NCBI GenBank assembly: GCA_019419505.1
Contig: DXZS01000024.1
Coordinates: 118,477 to 182,476, forward strand
Length of the DNA stretch: 64,000 nt
Reading direction: 5' to 3'
From: Collinsella sp.
GTDB taxonomy: Bacteria; Actinomycetota; Coriobacteriia; Coriobacteriales; Coriobacteriaceae
In this document: in pieces, positions 12,442 to 21,860 of the stretch
How positions within the stretch are numbered: the stretch's first letter is position 1
How the letters are laid out: each line of letters begins with the position of its first letter
Position numbers and translations under genes: made by a program
Notes under the pieces: generated by a model
Told to the model about the DNA's origin: nothing
Database searches by the model: none
What the model saw: the letters and a program-made list of their open reading frames with translations, nothing else

Positions 12442-12560
12442 GGGTCGGGCGGCTTGGCTTTATTCGCTACTGCGGACAGTCCTGCGCAAGACGAAGAGCA
12501 CATTAAGTGCTCTTCTTTGCGTGCGGAACTTGTAGCGAACAAAGCCAAGCCGCCCGACCC
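12442..12560. repeat. ~120-bp imperfect palindrome (MITE/REP-like) in the leuS leader
   Basis: GGGTCGGGCGGCTTGGCTTTATTCGCTAC...GTAGCGAACAAAGCCAAGCCGCCCGACCC with central GAAGAGCAC-ATTAA-GTGCTCTTC. Confidence 0.75.
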
Positions 12561-12594
12561 TAAGGTTAACTTGACTGATGATAGCAAATACGAC

Positions 12595-12630
12595 AAGCGA
12601 GATGCCTGCGACTTGCGGGCATCTCGCTTT
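12595..12630. terminator. Terminator hairpin downstream of guaB
   Basis: AAGCGAGATGCC...GGCATCTCGCTT, 12-bp stem. Confidence 0.7.
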
Positions 12631-12677
12631 ATCTAAATAACGTGGTTGAAACTCAACCTTTATGTGAGGCTCTTACC

Positions 12678-14189
12678 TTATCGATAAGATACGGACTGCT
12701 GAGAATCCTTCACGACTACATCGTGGGCGCCGCCTTCGACGATCGAGGTCGAGCTCACCAGGGTCAGGCGTGCCTTTTCCTGAAGCTCGGGGATCGAGAG
12801 GGCACCGCAGTTGCACATCGTGGACTTGACCTTGTAGAGCGTGCCGCCCACGCCGTCTTTGAGGGAGCCGGCATAGGGAACATAGGAGTCGACGCCCTCG
12901 ACGAAGCTGAGCTTCGCGGCGCCGCCCAGGTCGTAGCGCTGCCAGTTGCGGGCACGCGCAGAGCCCTCGCCCCAGTACTCCTTCATGTACTGACCGTTCA
13001 CGTTGACGCGCTCAGTCGGGCTCTCATCAAAGCGGGCGAAGTAGCGGCCCAGCATCATAAAGTCGGCGCCCATGGCAAGGGCGAGCGTCATGTGGTAGTC
13101 GTAGACGATGCCGCCGTCGGAGCACACGGGCACGTAGACGCCGGTCTCCTCGTAGTACTCGTCGCGAGCACGGCAGACATCGATCAGCGCGGTGGCCTGG
13201 CCACGGCCGATACCCTTGGTCTCACGGGTGATGCAGATGGAGCCGCCGCCGATACCGACCTTGATGAAGTCGGCACCACAGTCGGCCAGGAAGCGGAAGC
13301 CCTCGGCGTCGACGACGTTACCGGCACCAACCTTGACGTCCTCGCCGTAGTTGGCGCGGATCCACTCGATAGTGCGCTTCTGCCACTCGCTGAAGCCCTC
13401 GGAGGAGTCGATGCACAGAACGTCGGCACCGGCCTCGATGAGCAGCGGCACGCGCTCGGCATAGTCGCGGGTGTTGATACCGGCGCCGACCATGTAGCGC
13501 TTGTCGTTATCGAGCAGCTCGTTGGGGTTGGTCTTGTGGCTATCGTAGTCCTTGCGGAAGACGATGCCCATGAGGTGATCGTTATCGTCGACGATGGGCA
13601 GGGCGTTGAGCTTGTTGTCCCAGATGACGTCGTTAGCGACCTTGAGGCTGATGTTCTTGTCGCCCACGATGAGCTGCTCACGCGGGGTCATGAACTCGGA
13701 GACCTTCGTCTGGTGGTCATCGCGACTGGGACGATAGTCACGGCTGGTGACGATGCCCAGGAGCTTACCCTTGGGAGTGCCGTCGTCGGTAACCGGCATG
13801 GTGGAGTGACCGGTCTTCTCCTTGAGCTCGATGACCTGCTCCATGGTCATGTCGGGGGTCAGCGTGGAATCGGACTGAACGAAGCCGGCCTTGTGATCCT
13901 TGACGGCCTTGACCATGGCGGCCTCGGACTCGGCGCTCTGGGAACCGTAAATGAAGGACAGGCCACCCTCGGTAGCGAGCGCGACACCCATGTCGACGCC
14001 CGAGACGGACTGCATGATGGCGGAAACCATGGGGATGTTCAGGGTGATTGCCGGCTTCTCACCGCGCTTAAAGCGGGTTAGCGGCGTCTTAAGAGAGACG
14101 TTGTTGGGAATGCACTGCGAGGACGAGTAACCAGGGACCAGCAGATACTCCGAAAACGTGTGGGACTCACCGGGAAAGAACGTAGCCAT
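12678..14189 (-). CDS. guaB: IMP dehydrogenase with CBS domains
   Basis: [14 protein letters not shown] catalytic Cys motif, SDGGI, EGVDS. Confidence 0.97.
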   Translation of the reverse strand: MATFFPGESHTFSEYLLVPGYSSSQCIPNNVSLKTPLTRFKRGEKPAITLNIPMVSAIMQSVSGVDMGVALATEGGLSFIYGSQSAESEAAMVKAVKDHKAGFVQSDSTLTPDMTMEQVIELKEKTGHSTMPVTDDGTPKGKLLGIVTSRDYRPSRDDHQTKVSEFMTPREQLIVGDKNISLKVANDVIWDNKLNALPIVDDNDHLMGIVFRKDYDSHKTNPNELLDNDKRYMVGAGINTRDYAERVPLLIEAGADVLCIDSSEGFSEWQKRTIEWIRANYGEDVKVGAGNVVDAEGFRFLADCGADFIKVGIGGGSICITRETKGIGRGQATALIDVCRARDEYYEETGVYVPVCSDGGIVYDYHMTLALAMGADFMMLGRYFARFDESPTERVNVNGQYMKEYWGEGSARARNWQRYDLGGAAKLSFVEGVDSYVPYAGSLKDGVGGTLYKVKSTMCNCGALSIPELQEKARLTLVSSTSIVEGGAHDVVVKDSQQSVSYR

Positions 14190-14373
14190 GTTTCTCCTTT
14201 TTCCATGCGACCGGTCGGCTGCAGGCCTCGTAGGACCCAGCCCAACCTTGGGCGCCCAATACTGGGGAAGTATCTTAACGCACTTTGACTGCTACAATGC
14301 ATGATTTAAGAAGAGCACACGAGGGTTTGACGCAGGCTTTGCGTTTGCCCAGCAAACACTTTAGCGGGGAGAC

Positions 14374-14727
14374 GTGGAGCGTATGGAGTACAAGACGACG
14401 GCAAAGTTGGTCATTCAAGCGTGCGACAAAGATCTGCCGGGCGTGTTTGGACACGGCTGTGTCTTGCTGCTGCAGGGTATCGCCCGCGAGCACTCGCTCA
14501 ACCGCGCCGCCAAGAGCATGGGCATGGCGTATTCCAAGGCCTGGCGCATTGTAAACGAGGCAGAAGGTCAGCTGGGCTGCAAGCTCATCGAGCGCGACGG
14601 CGCCCGCGGATCCACGCTCACGCCCGCCGGAGAGCGAGCCATAGCGGCCTACGAGGAGCTGCAGACCGACATCAACAACGTCATTGCCACCAAAGCAAAC
14701 GACCTCATCGCCAGCATCAAAGAGTAG
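14374..14727 (+). CDS. ModE-type winged-helix regulator (N-terminal domain only)
   Basis: FGHGCVLLLQGI...SLNRAAKSMGMAYSKAWRIVNEAE...GSTLTPAG. Confidence 0.85.
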   Translation: MERMEYKTTAKLVIQACDKDLPGVFGHGCVLLLQGIAREHSLNRAAKSMGMAYSKAWRIVNEAEGQLGCKLIERDGARGSTLTPAGERAIAAYEELQTDINNVIATKANDLIASIKE

Positions 14728-14766
14728 CCAATTTGGGACGGGGCTTTTAGCTACCCAACCCCTTCT

Positions 14767-14841
14767 CATAAGTTGCGGTGAAGTAGGGACTGTTTATGCG
14801 GTTAAAGCCGTAAATCAATCCCTATTTCACCGCAACTTATG
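14767..14841. repeat. REP-like palindrome family A, copy 1
   Basis: CATAAGTTGCGGTGAAGTAGGGA...TCCCTATTTCACCGCAACTTATG; related copies at 62066, 63358 and 31644. Confidence 0.85.
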
Positions 14842-14859
14842 GAGTCGAGGATGATTTAG

Positions 14860-15852
14860 CTAGTTGCGGAGGGCGTTATCTAGGGCGGACGCTACGACCA
14901 GGGGGTTGTCGGTGCCGGCGAAGAGGCGGATGGTGCTCCCCTGCTTGCCGCGCGTGGCCGAGAGGCGCGTCGTTGCGCCGCCGGCAGGCGATGTGCGAAA
15001 CTCCCCCGGCAAAGCGTCGAACAGCTCTCCCGCGCTACGCTCGATAAGGTCAAATTCAACTGCCGGGCCAAAACCATGCTCGAGGATTCCCGTTGCAACC
15101 GCATGGTCGGGATGAGAGCTCAGCCCGGGATAGCGCACGTTGCGCACCATCTCGTTGGCGGCCAGATACTCGGCCAGCGCACGTGCGCGGTCAAAGTGAG
15201 CCTGCATGCGAGCGTCGAGCGAGTCGAACCCGCGCTCCAGCACAGCGGCCTCGTCAGCAGGCAAATCAAGCTTGGCCAAGCCACAGCCCTCAAGCAGGGC
15301 ATGCGCGCACTCGGCAGCAGCATCCACATGATGGCGTTTGAGCTGCGAGCGCGCCACCGAAGCGGCAACGAGTTTGCACGGAGCCTTGCCGGCGCACACG
15401 CGATCGAGCGCCTCAAGCGACAGCGCAGCACCCAGCCGCAGCGGATCGCAGCCAAAAGCCGACGCCACGATGTTGTCCACAACCAGCAGCGCGTGGGCCT
15501 CACGAGCAGCGCGGCCCAGAGCGCGCAGATCGGGCACACGCAGACCAAAGCCACCGATTGAGTTAACAAACCACCACAGGTGCGACCCCTCGGCATCAAA
15601 CGAAGCATCAAAGCCCTCGGACGCGGCAGCAAACGCATCGGCGGACCCCGAGCCCACCAGCGCGACATCGCAGCCATCAAAGCCGCGCGCAAACGCATCG
15701 ACAAAGTCGTCCGCAAAGGCCACCAGGCGGTCACCGGGACGCACAATACCCAGCAGCGACAGAGCCGCCGGCACATGCGGGGCCGCAACAAGACGCGCCT
15801 CACGCGCGCCGGTCCTTACAGCCCAGGCCTCTTCTAGCTGCTGTACATCCAC
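14860..15852 (-). CDS. Degenerate Cys/Met-metabolism PLP-fold protein (MetB/MetC-like); start uncertain (15852 or 15876)
   Basis: LLVVDN...PLRLGA and RMQAH...ALAEYL...VRYPGLSSHPDH motifs; Arg at the usual PLP-Lys position. Confidence 0.75.
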   Translation of the reverse strand: MDVQQLEEAWAVRTGAREARLVAAPHVPAALSLLGIVRPGDRLVAFADDFVDAFARGFDGCDVALVGSGSADAFAAASEGFDASFDAEGSHLWWFVNSIGGFGLRVPDLRALGRAAREAHALLVVDNIVASAFGCDPLRLGAALSLEALDRVCAGKAPCKLVAASVARSQLKRHHVDAAAECAHALLEGCGLAKLDLPADEAAVLERGFDSLDARMQAHFDRARALAEYLAANEMVRNVRYPGLSSHPDHAVATGILEHGFGPAVEFDLIERSAGELFDALPGEFRTSPAGGATTRLSATRGKQGSTIRLFAGTDNPLVVASALDNALRN

Positions 15853-15874
15853 AAGGCATCGCCCCTTCATAAGC

Positions 15875-15910
15875 AAAAACCCACGATGCGGGTGTTCCCC
15901 TCATCGTGGG
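15875..15910 (-). terminator. Intrinsic terminator after scrB
   Basis: CCCACGATG...CATCGTGGG stem followed by a T-run on the minus strand. Confidence 0.7.
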
Positions 15911-15948
15911 CAACGGCTGCAGTATAGCGCCGATATGCGACGAAACGC

Positions 15949-17490
15949 CTAGATATTGAGCGTGTGATAGTTCACGCTCGCACCCGGAGCGTCAACGGTC
16001 ACGCCATAGGCCTCGGGATAGATGCGCGTCGAAAACACGAGCGCGCCATCGTTCACAAACACCTCGACCGACGAGACATCACCAACAATGCGCACATTAC
16101 GAACCTCGTCGATGGGCTCCCAGCGCATGGTACGACCGCAGCCGGCAGAAGCGCGACCCTCATCGGTAAATCGCATCTCAAAGCGCGAGGGCAGTTCGTC
16201 CCCAGCGGGCACAAGCGCCAGCTTTAGCTCGCCATCAACGGTCGCGGTAAACGCGCCGTCGACACCGTCAACAACAACGTCAAAGCAGGTATCGCCGGCA
16301 ACCTCCAAAGAGCCCTCCCCCACACGCACCGAGGCATAATGGAGCTCGATCTCGCGCGCCGGCTGCTGCAGCACCACGCCGCCGTCACCGGCCGTAAGCT
16401 CGCGCGGCACTGTCATGCAGTGCTGCCAGCCGCACGCCACGGTGGGCGCATTGTCATAGGTCGGCTCATCGGGCATGCCCATCCAGCCGATCAAAATGTG
16501 GCGACCATCCTCGGACGTAAACTCCTGCGGAGCATAGAAGTCAAAACCGGCGTCCCACAGGCGGAACTCGCCCAGCTCATAAGCGTCATTGCCACCGGTA
16601 ATGTCGCCCGTTACAGGCATGTAGCCAGCAGCGTATACGTTGCCGCGGTCCCAACGGCCGCCCTCAAGCCCCTGGGGAGAGAAGGACAGCCACTTCGCCG
16701 GCACACCACCATCCGCCTCAAGCTCCAGATACCCCGGGCACTCCCACATAAAGCCAAAGCGCTCGGACGTAGAAACACGGCTCTCGAGCTCCCAGCTCAG
16801 CATATCGGGCGAGCCATACACCAGGATCTCGCCCACATCGCGCCCGGCACCCTCGCCGTGCATCGCACAAAAACGGCTCTCGACATGCGGCCCGTCCACG
16901 CGACGACGCGCGCCCAGCACCATGTGATTACGCCCATCATCATCGCGCCACACCTTGGGGTCACGCACGTGGCAGGTCAAATCCTCGGGATAATCCTCGG
17001 ACGCCAACACCACGCGCTTTTGGCTGAACTCCCGACCGGCAAGACCATCAACGCTCTCGACATAAACAGTATCGGCGCGGCGGCCGGTATTGACGTAGTC
17101 GTACGTGCCGTCCGCATCGGAAAGCTTCACGTTGCCCGTGTACAGTACGCGAATGCGACCGTCTTCGGCAAGCGCGGAGCCCGAATACACGCCATGGCAA
17201 TCGAACGGCTCGTCGGGCAGCAGTGGAGCGCCAACGTAGTCCCACGTCATAAGGTCGCGACTCGTCGCATGACCCCAAGCCTTAACGCCACCCTCGACAT
17301 CAAACGGCGCATACTGAAAATAGGCATGGAACACGCCGCCCGCCTGGCAAAGACCGTTGGGGTCGTTGAGCCAGCCAGCCGGCGGCATAATATGGAAGCG
17401 CTGGCCATACACGCCATGACCGCACTCAGAGGCGGCGGCGTCAACAGCGGCAACCAACTTTGCAAGGTCGCGGCCAAGTGCATTAGACAT
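15949..17490 (-). CDS. scrB: Sucrose-6-phosphate hydrolase (GH32)
   Basis: WLNDPNG, RDP and WECP catalytic motifs; adjacent to sucrose PTS. Confidence 0.92.
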   Translation of the reverse strand: MSNALGRDLAKLVAAVDAAASECGHGVYGQRFHIMPPAGWLNDPNGLCQAGGVFHAYFQYAPFDVEGGVKAWGHATSRDLMTWDYVGAPLLPDEPFDCHGVYSGSALAEDGRIRVLYTGNVKLSDADGTYDYVNTGRRADTVYVESVDGLAGREFSQKRVVLASEDYPEDLTCHVRDPKVWRDDDGRNHMVLGARRRVDGPHVESRFCAMHGEGAGRDVGEILVYGSPDMLSWELESRVSTSERFGFMWECPGYLELEADGGVPAKWLSFSPQGLEGGRWDRGNVYAAGYMPVTGDITGGNDAYELGEFRLWDAGFDFYAPQEFTSEDGRHILIGWMGMPDEPTYDNAPTVACGWQHCMTVPRELTAGDGGVVLQQPAREIELHYASVRVGEGSLEVAGDTCFDVVVDGVDGAFTATVDGELKLALVPAGDELPSRFEMRFTDEGRASAGCGRTMRWEPIDEVRNVRIVGDVSSVEVFVNDGALVFSTRIYPEAYGVTVDAPGASVNYHTLNI

Positions 17491-17596
17491 ATCAAAGTCC
17501 TAACGGATCGAAAGTTACAAGGCGCCAGAGATCGGCACCAGATACGGGAAACGCCCGCGAGCATACAACCCGCGGGCACCCCTCAATCAAAAACTC

Positions 17597-18997
17597 TTAG
17601 GCCTGCTCGGAAGCCTTGGGCTCATCCTTGTACAGGACAAACGAGATGGCAAAGGACACGACCGCGGCGACCGCAAACATGATCGCGTACTGCACGGGCT
17701 GTGCCAGGCACAGCAGGATACCGAAGATGCCGGTAACGCCGGTGCCGGAAGCGGCAAGCGAGGTGAGAGCGCAGACCAGGGCACCGCAACCGCCGCCGAT
17801 GCAGCCGGCGATGAAAGGCTTAAAGAAGCGCAGGTTCACACCAAAGATGGCCGGCTCGGTAATGCCCATGAAGGCGGACAGAGCGGAAGGAAGCGCCAGG
17901 CCCTTGATCTTGGCATCGCGGGTCTTAAAGGCAACGGCAAGTGCGGCGCCACCCTGGGCGATATTGGCAGCGCTGGCGATGGGCAGCCAATAGGTCACGC
18001 CGTACTGGGCGAGCTGGCCCAGGTCGATGGCGGTGTACATCTGGTGGATACCGGTAACGACCGTGGGGGCATAGAACAGGCCGACGATAAAGGAACCGAT
18101 GCCGAAGGGCAGGGTCAGCAGGGTCTGGATCAGACCGAGGATGGCGTTCTCGGCCCAGACAAAGATGGGGCCGACGGCAACAAGAGTCACGAGCACGGTC
18201 ACGAACACCGAGACAAGCGGAGTCACAAAGAGATCGAACATCTCGGGAACGATCTTGTGCAGGCGCTTCTCGAGGAAGGCGAGAATGGCACAGGCGATGA
18301 CGATGGGGATCACATGACCCTGATAGCCGACCCACTCAAAGCTGTACACGCCGGGGATGACGTTGACCATGGTCTGCACGCCCTCGGAGGCAACCGTATA
18401 GGCGCTCTGCAGCGAGGAGTTGATGAATGCACCACCGACGACGGCGCCCAGGTACGGGTTGGCGCCAAAGGCCTTAGCCGCGGAGTAACCGATCAGGATC
18501 TGCAGAATGCCAAAGGACGTGCCCGAGACCAGGTCGGCAATCTTATAAATAAAGTTATTGGTGTCGAGCGCGATAAAGCCGTTGGAGGCCATAAAGTTGA
18601 GGGCGCTCATAATGCCCAGCAGCAGGCCCGAAGCCACGATGGCGGGGATGATGGGGACAAAGACGTCGCCGAGCACCTTAATGGCACGCATAAAGATGTT
18701 CTGCTGCTGCGCCGCTGCCTCCTTGACCTCGGCCTTGGTGGCAGCCTCGACGCCGCTGAGCGCAATGAACTCGTCGTAGACCTTGTTGACGGTGCCAGTG
18801 CCAAAAATAATCTGGAGCTGGCCCTGGGCCTCAAAGACGCCCTTGGCGCCGTCGATATTCTCGAGGGCCTCCTTGTCGACCTTGGCGTTATCGGCAATCA
18901 CAAGGCGCAGACGCGTGGCGCAGTGTGCGGCCGAAACAACGTTGCCGGCGCCACCGATGTTGTCGAGCACCTCTTGGGCTGATTTGCGGTAGTCCAT
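17597..18997 (-). CDS. scrA: PTS sucrose-type EIIBC
   Basis: HCATRLRL EIIB motif, GITEPAIFGVNL EIIC motif; start at MDYRK after GGAAAGGG. Confidence 0.9.
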   Translation of the reverse strand: MDYRKSAQEVLDNIGGAGNVVSAAHCATRLRLVIADNAKVDKEALENIDGAKGVFEAQGQLQIIFGTGTVNKVYDEFIALSGVEAATKAEVKEAAAQQQNIFMRAIKVLGDVFVPIIPAIVASGLLLGIMSALNFMASNGFIALDTNNFIYKIADLVSGTSFGILQILIGYSAAKAFGANPYLGAVVGGAFINSSLQSAYTVASEGVQTMVNVIPGVYSFEWVGYQGHVIPIVIACAILAFLEKRLHKIVPEMFDLFVTPLVSVFVTVLVTLVAVGPIFVWAENAILGLIQTLLTLPFGIGSFIVGLFYAPTVVTGIHQMYTAIDLGQLAQYGVTYWLPIASAANIAQGGAALAVAFKTRDAKIKGLALPSALSAFMGITEPAIFGVNLRFFKPFIAGCIGGGCGALVCALTSLAASGTGVTGIFGILLCLAQPVQYAIMFAVAAVVSFAISFVLYKDEPKASEQA

Positions 18998-19052
18998 GAC
19001 TTCCCTTTCCTCCAACGGGCGCATCTGCACCCGGCCATCTTTGACACTTACA

Positions 19053-19093
19053 CTGTAATCGTTTTCAGTCTCATATGTCTGTAATCGTTTTCA
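19053..19093. promoter_or_regulatory. Tandem LacI-family (ScrR) operators upstream of scrA
   Basis: CTGTAATCGTTTTCA occurs twice (19053-19067, 19079-19093); a related TGAAATCGCTTTCA lies at 20178-20191 upstream of scrR. Confidence 0.75.
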
Positions 19094-19181
19094 CAGTAGG
19101 GTGAACGGTAGAAATAAGCCGGCGAATGGTAGTTTTAGGACAAAAAACAGGGGCTCAAAGGCAGGCAGACGCGTCCAAGGC

Positions 19182-20153
19182 CTAGACATTCATAAGCTGA
19201 TGCCCAAGTTTGAGCGTCTTGAGACCGCTCTCCCCCTCCTCGCCATCGAGTGCGTCGAGCAGCATATTGGTCGCCTCGACGCCGCTGGTCAGGTAGCCGT
19301 AATGCACGGTGGGAATGCCGCCCGTCAGCGCGCTCAAAAATGCGTTGTCGCCAAAACCGCTCACGCGGTGCACGCCCTCGCCCATACCGCGCACCTCGTC
19401 AAGCGCGCGCAAGGCGCCCGCCGCCATGGTGTCGGTCGCGCAGGCGATAAACGAAACATCGGGCACTTCGCCCAGCAGCTCGCGCGACGCACGATAGCCG
19501 GAATCGAGGGTAAAGGACCCGCGGCGAATCAGCTCGGGATCGAGCGCAACACCCGCGGCGCGTAAGCCCGCTTCAAAACCACGACGACGGTCGTAACCGG
19601 CGGCACGGTCTTCCTCGGTAACACCGATATAGGCAATCTTGCCCTCAACATGCTTCGCGAGCGCCTGGCCCAGCTCAAAGGCGGCCTCGTAATCGTCATG
19701 GTAGACGCAAGCCGCGCCCTCGACGTTTTGACCGATCAGCACAATGGGCACACGGCAAGACGCAATGGCCGCACGATGTTCGTCGGTGATCATGGTCGCC
19801 ACGAGCACGATGCCATCGACCGGGTGGTTCTGGAACAGGTCGAGATACTCGAGCTCACGCTCGGCCACGTTATCAGTATTCGCGAGCAGCATCTGGTAGC
19901 CACGGCGACCGAGCACCTGGCCAATACCGGCGGTAATGCGGCTCACGGATTCCGAGTTAATCTTAGGCACGATGACGCCGATGAGCTTGGTGGAACCGGT
20001 GCGCAGCGCGCGAGCCTGACTAGATCGCACGTATCCGGTCAGCTCAATCGCCTGCTTAATGCGCTCGGCCTTGTCCGCCGAGATATATCCACCGTTGAGG
20101 TAGCGCGAGACCGCGGCGCTCGAAACGCCAGCCAACTCGGCCACATCTTTCAT
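19182..20153 (-). CDS. scrR: LacI-family sucrose repressor
   Basis: MKDVAELAGVSSAAVSRYLNG helix-turn-helix plus sugar-binding domain; start may be a few codons further upstream. Confidence 0.9.
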   Translation of the reverse strand: MKDVAELAGVSSAAVSRYLNGGYISADKAERIKQAIELTGYVRSSQARALRTGSTKLIGVIVPKINSESVSRITAGIGQVLGRRGYQMLLANTDNVAERELEYLDLFQNHPVDGIVLVATMITDEHRAAIASCRVPIVLIGQNVEGAACVYHDDYEAAFELGQALAKHVEGKIAYIGVTEEDRAAGYDRRRGFEAGLRAAGVALDPELIRRGSFTLDSGYRASRELLGEVPDVSFIACATDTMAAGALRALDEVRGMGEGVHRVSGFGDNAFLSALTGGIPTVHYGYLTSGVEATNMLLDALDGEEGESGLKTLKLGHQLMNV

Positions 20154-20255
20154 CTTTACCACGAGCACCCCTGTCATTGAAATCGCTTTCACCATGATAC
20201 CCGTGACGGCGCTTCGGATAAATCAATATCACCCAGGTCGAGCAAACGTCAGCGA

Positions 20256-20355
20256 GCGGGCAGCTGCCGTGGCGAGGTGCCGCGAAAGAGGAGCGAAGCG
20301 TACTTCATGTACGCGAGCGACGGTTTGAGCGGCAGATCGCCCGGCAGATGCCCGC
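20256..20355. repeat. ~100-bp imperfect palindrome (MITE/REP-like)
   Basis: GCGGGCAGCTGCCG...CGGCAGATGCCCGC arms with central GCGTAC-TTCAT-GTACGC. Confidence 0.65.
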
Positions 20356-20399
20356 GCAGCGTCGAGCGGTCCGGCGTTCGTTAGAACACCGGAACATAG

Positions 20400-21065
20400 T
20401 TATCCATGATACTCGCCGTTGTACTGGATGAGGGTCAGGTCCTCAACGCCATCGAGCGTGCGAATCGCGTCGGCATAGGGCATGTCCACGCCGTCCGAGA
20501 ATACCTCCACGGCCATCTCGACTTTGTCGCCGCGCATAGTCTTGGACTTAACGGTGAACTTGGTGCGCCCAAATGCACGCACGATATCGTCGCCGGTGGT
20601 CTGGCCCGTGTAGTGAATGACCATCATGTACACGCGCGACTTGTCCTGGTGGCTCGCAAAGCCGGCGATCATCACCACGATCACCACCGCCGTGAGCCCC
20701 ACGAGCGCATACATGCCGGCGCCGGCCGTAATGCCCGTGGTAATGGCCCAAAACAGATACAGCAGGTCGAGCGGGTCCTTGACCGCCGTACGGTAGCGGA
20801 CGATGGACAGAGCACCGACCATACCGAGCGAGATGACCACGTTCGTCGAGATCGCGAGCGTGACCATGCAGGTAAGCACGCACATGCCCACGAGCGTCAC
20901 GGCAAAGCTACGCGAATACACCACGCCGGTAAAAAAGCGCTTGTACACGTAATAGATCAGGATGCCCATGGCGAGCGCCACGAGCAGCGAAAGGCCGATC
21001 TTGGCAGGGTCGACCTGGCCAAACGCCTCCAAGACGGAGTTCTTAAAAAAGTCCCTGGTGCTCAT
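20400..21065 (-). CDS. DUF4956 membrane protein
   Basis: SLGMVGALSIVRYRTAVKDP motif; several TM segments. Confidence 0.9.
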   Translation of the reverse strand: MSTRDFFKNSVLEAFGQVDPAKIGLSLLVALAMGILIYYVYKRFFTGVVYSRSFAVTLVGMCVLTCMVTLAISTNVVISLGMVGALSIVRYRTAVKDPLDLLYLFWAITTGITAGAGMYALVGLTAVVIVVMIAGFASHQDKSRVYMMVIHYTGQTTGDDIVRAFGRTKFTVKSKTMRGDKVEMAVEVFSDGVDMPYADAIRTLDGVEDLTLIQYNGEYHG

Positions 21066-21068
21066 GGT

Positions 21069-21860
21069 CTAAATATCCCCTCGGTTCTCAAAATCCGATT
21101 CCCAGTAGTTAAAACCGCGCAGGTAGGCGGTCTTTTCGTAACACAGGCAGTACTTGGAGACCGCCGTAAGCTCGGCCGCGCCCGGCGGCACCATATCGCG
21201 CACGAGCTGCGGGCAAAACTCCGTAAACTTGACCTCCATCACCAGCTTGCCGGGCTCCAGGACCGGCAGCGCGGGCAGCGTCGCGTCAAAGATATCGAAG
21301 CTTCCCACCGCGGCACGCACGTTCATGTCAAACGTAATGCGCACGGTGCCCTCATCCATCACCCACGGCTCGCGCTCGTAGTCCACGATGGTCCGCGGGC
21401 GCATCATGTTGCAGATGCACTCGATGTAGAACTCGCGACAGATCGGATAGGGGCTCCTCAGCAAAAAGCCGTAGTCGCCAGCCAGAATCTGCTCAAACTC
21501 GCCACGTGTGAGCGGCGCGTCCTCCTTATAGATCCAGCTACCGTACTTCTTTTTGCGCTCGAGCTTAATCACCTTGTCGCTGCCGTTATAGATGCGAACG
21601 CGAAACTTTTTGCGCATGAGAATGCCGGCGTCTTTTTCCTCGTAGGCCGAGTTGCAGTAGTCGTCAAAGTACAGGCTGCGAATGGTGTAACCGCCCGCCC
21701 GCGCATGCTTGTCCAGTTTAAATACCGGCGCCATGCGACAGGCAAGCGCGGCGTGCTCGCCCTCGTTAATGAGATATTTGAGCTCGTGGCGGTAACGCTC
21801 CTGCGTGGTACGCACAGGCGGAGCCGCCAAGCGCTCAAGCAGCGCGCTAGCCCTCCTCAT
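21069..21860 (-). CDS. VTC/polyphosphate-polymerase (CYTH-like) domain protein
   Basis: RHELKY, YTIRSLYFD, RKKFRVRIY, RITFD, MEVKF, SKY motifs. Confidence 0.9.
   Translation of the reverse strand: MRRASALLERLAAPPVRTTQERYRHELKYLINEGEHAALACRMAPVFKLDKHARAGGYTIRSLYFDDYCNSAYEEKDAGILMRKKFRVRIYNGSDKVIKLERKKKYGSWIYKEDAPLTRGEFEQILAGDYGFLLRSPYPICREFYIECICNMMRPRTIVDYEREPWVMDEGTVRITFDMNVRAAVGSFDIFDATLPALPVLEPGKLVMEVKFTEFCPQLVRDMVPPGAAELTAVSKYCLCYEKTAYLRGFNYWESDFENRGDI

Noticed and set aside
12419..12640. T-box riboswitch upstream of leuS (also looked for upstream of thrS, 57730-57960)
   Set aside because: No T-box antiterminator consensus (UGGNACC) followed by a terminator was found by eye.
5163..14081. 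Very long plus-strand ORFs (874, 437, 905, 479 aa) opposite infB, nusA, leuS and guaB
   Set aside because: Antisense shadows caused by high-GC codon bias; no motifs, and they mirror well-supported genes.
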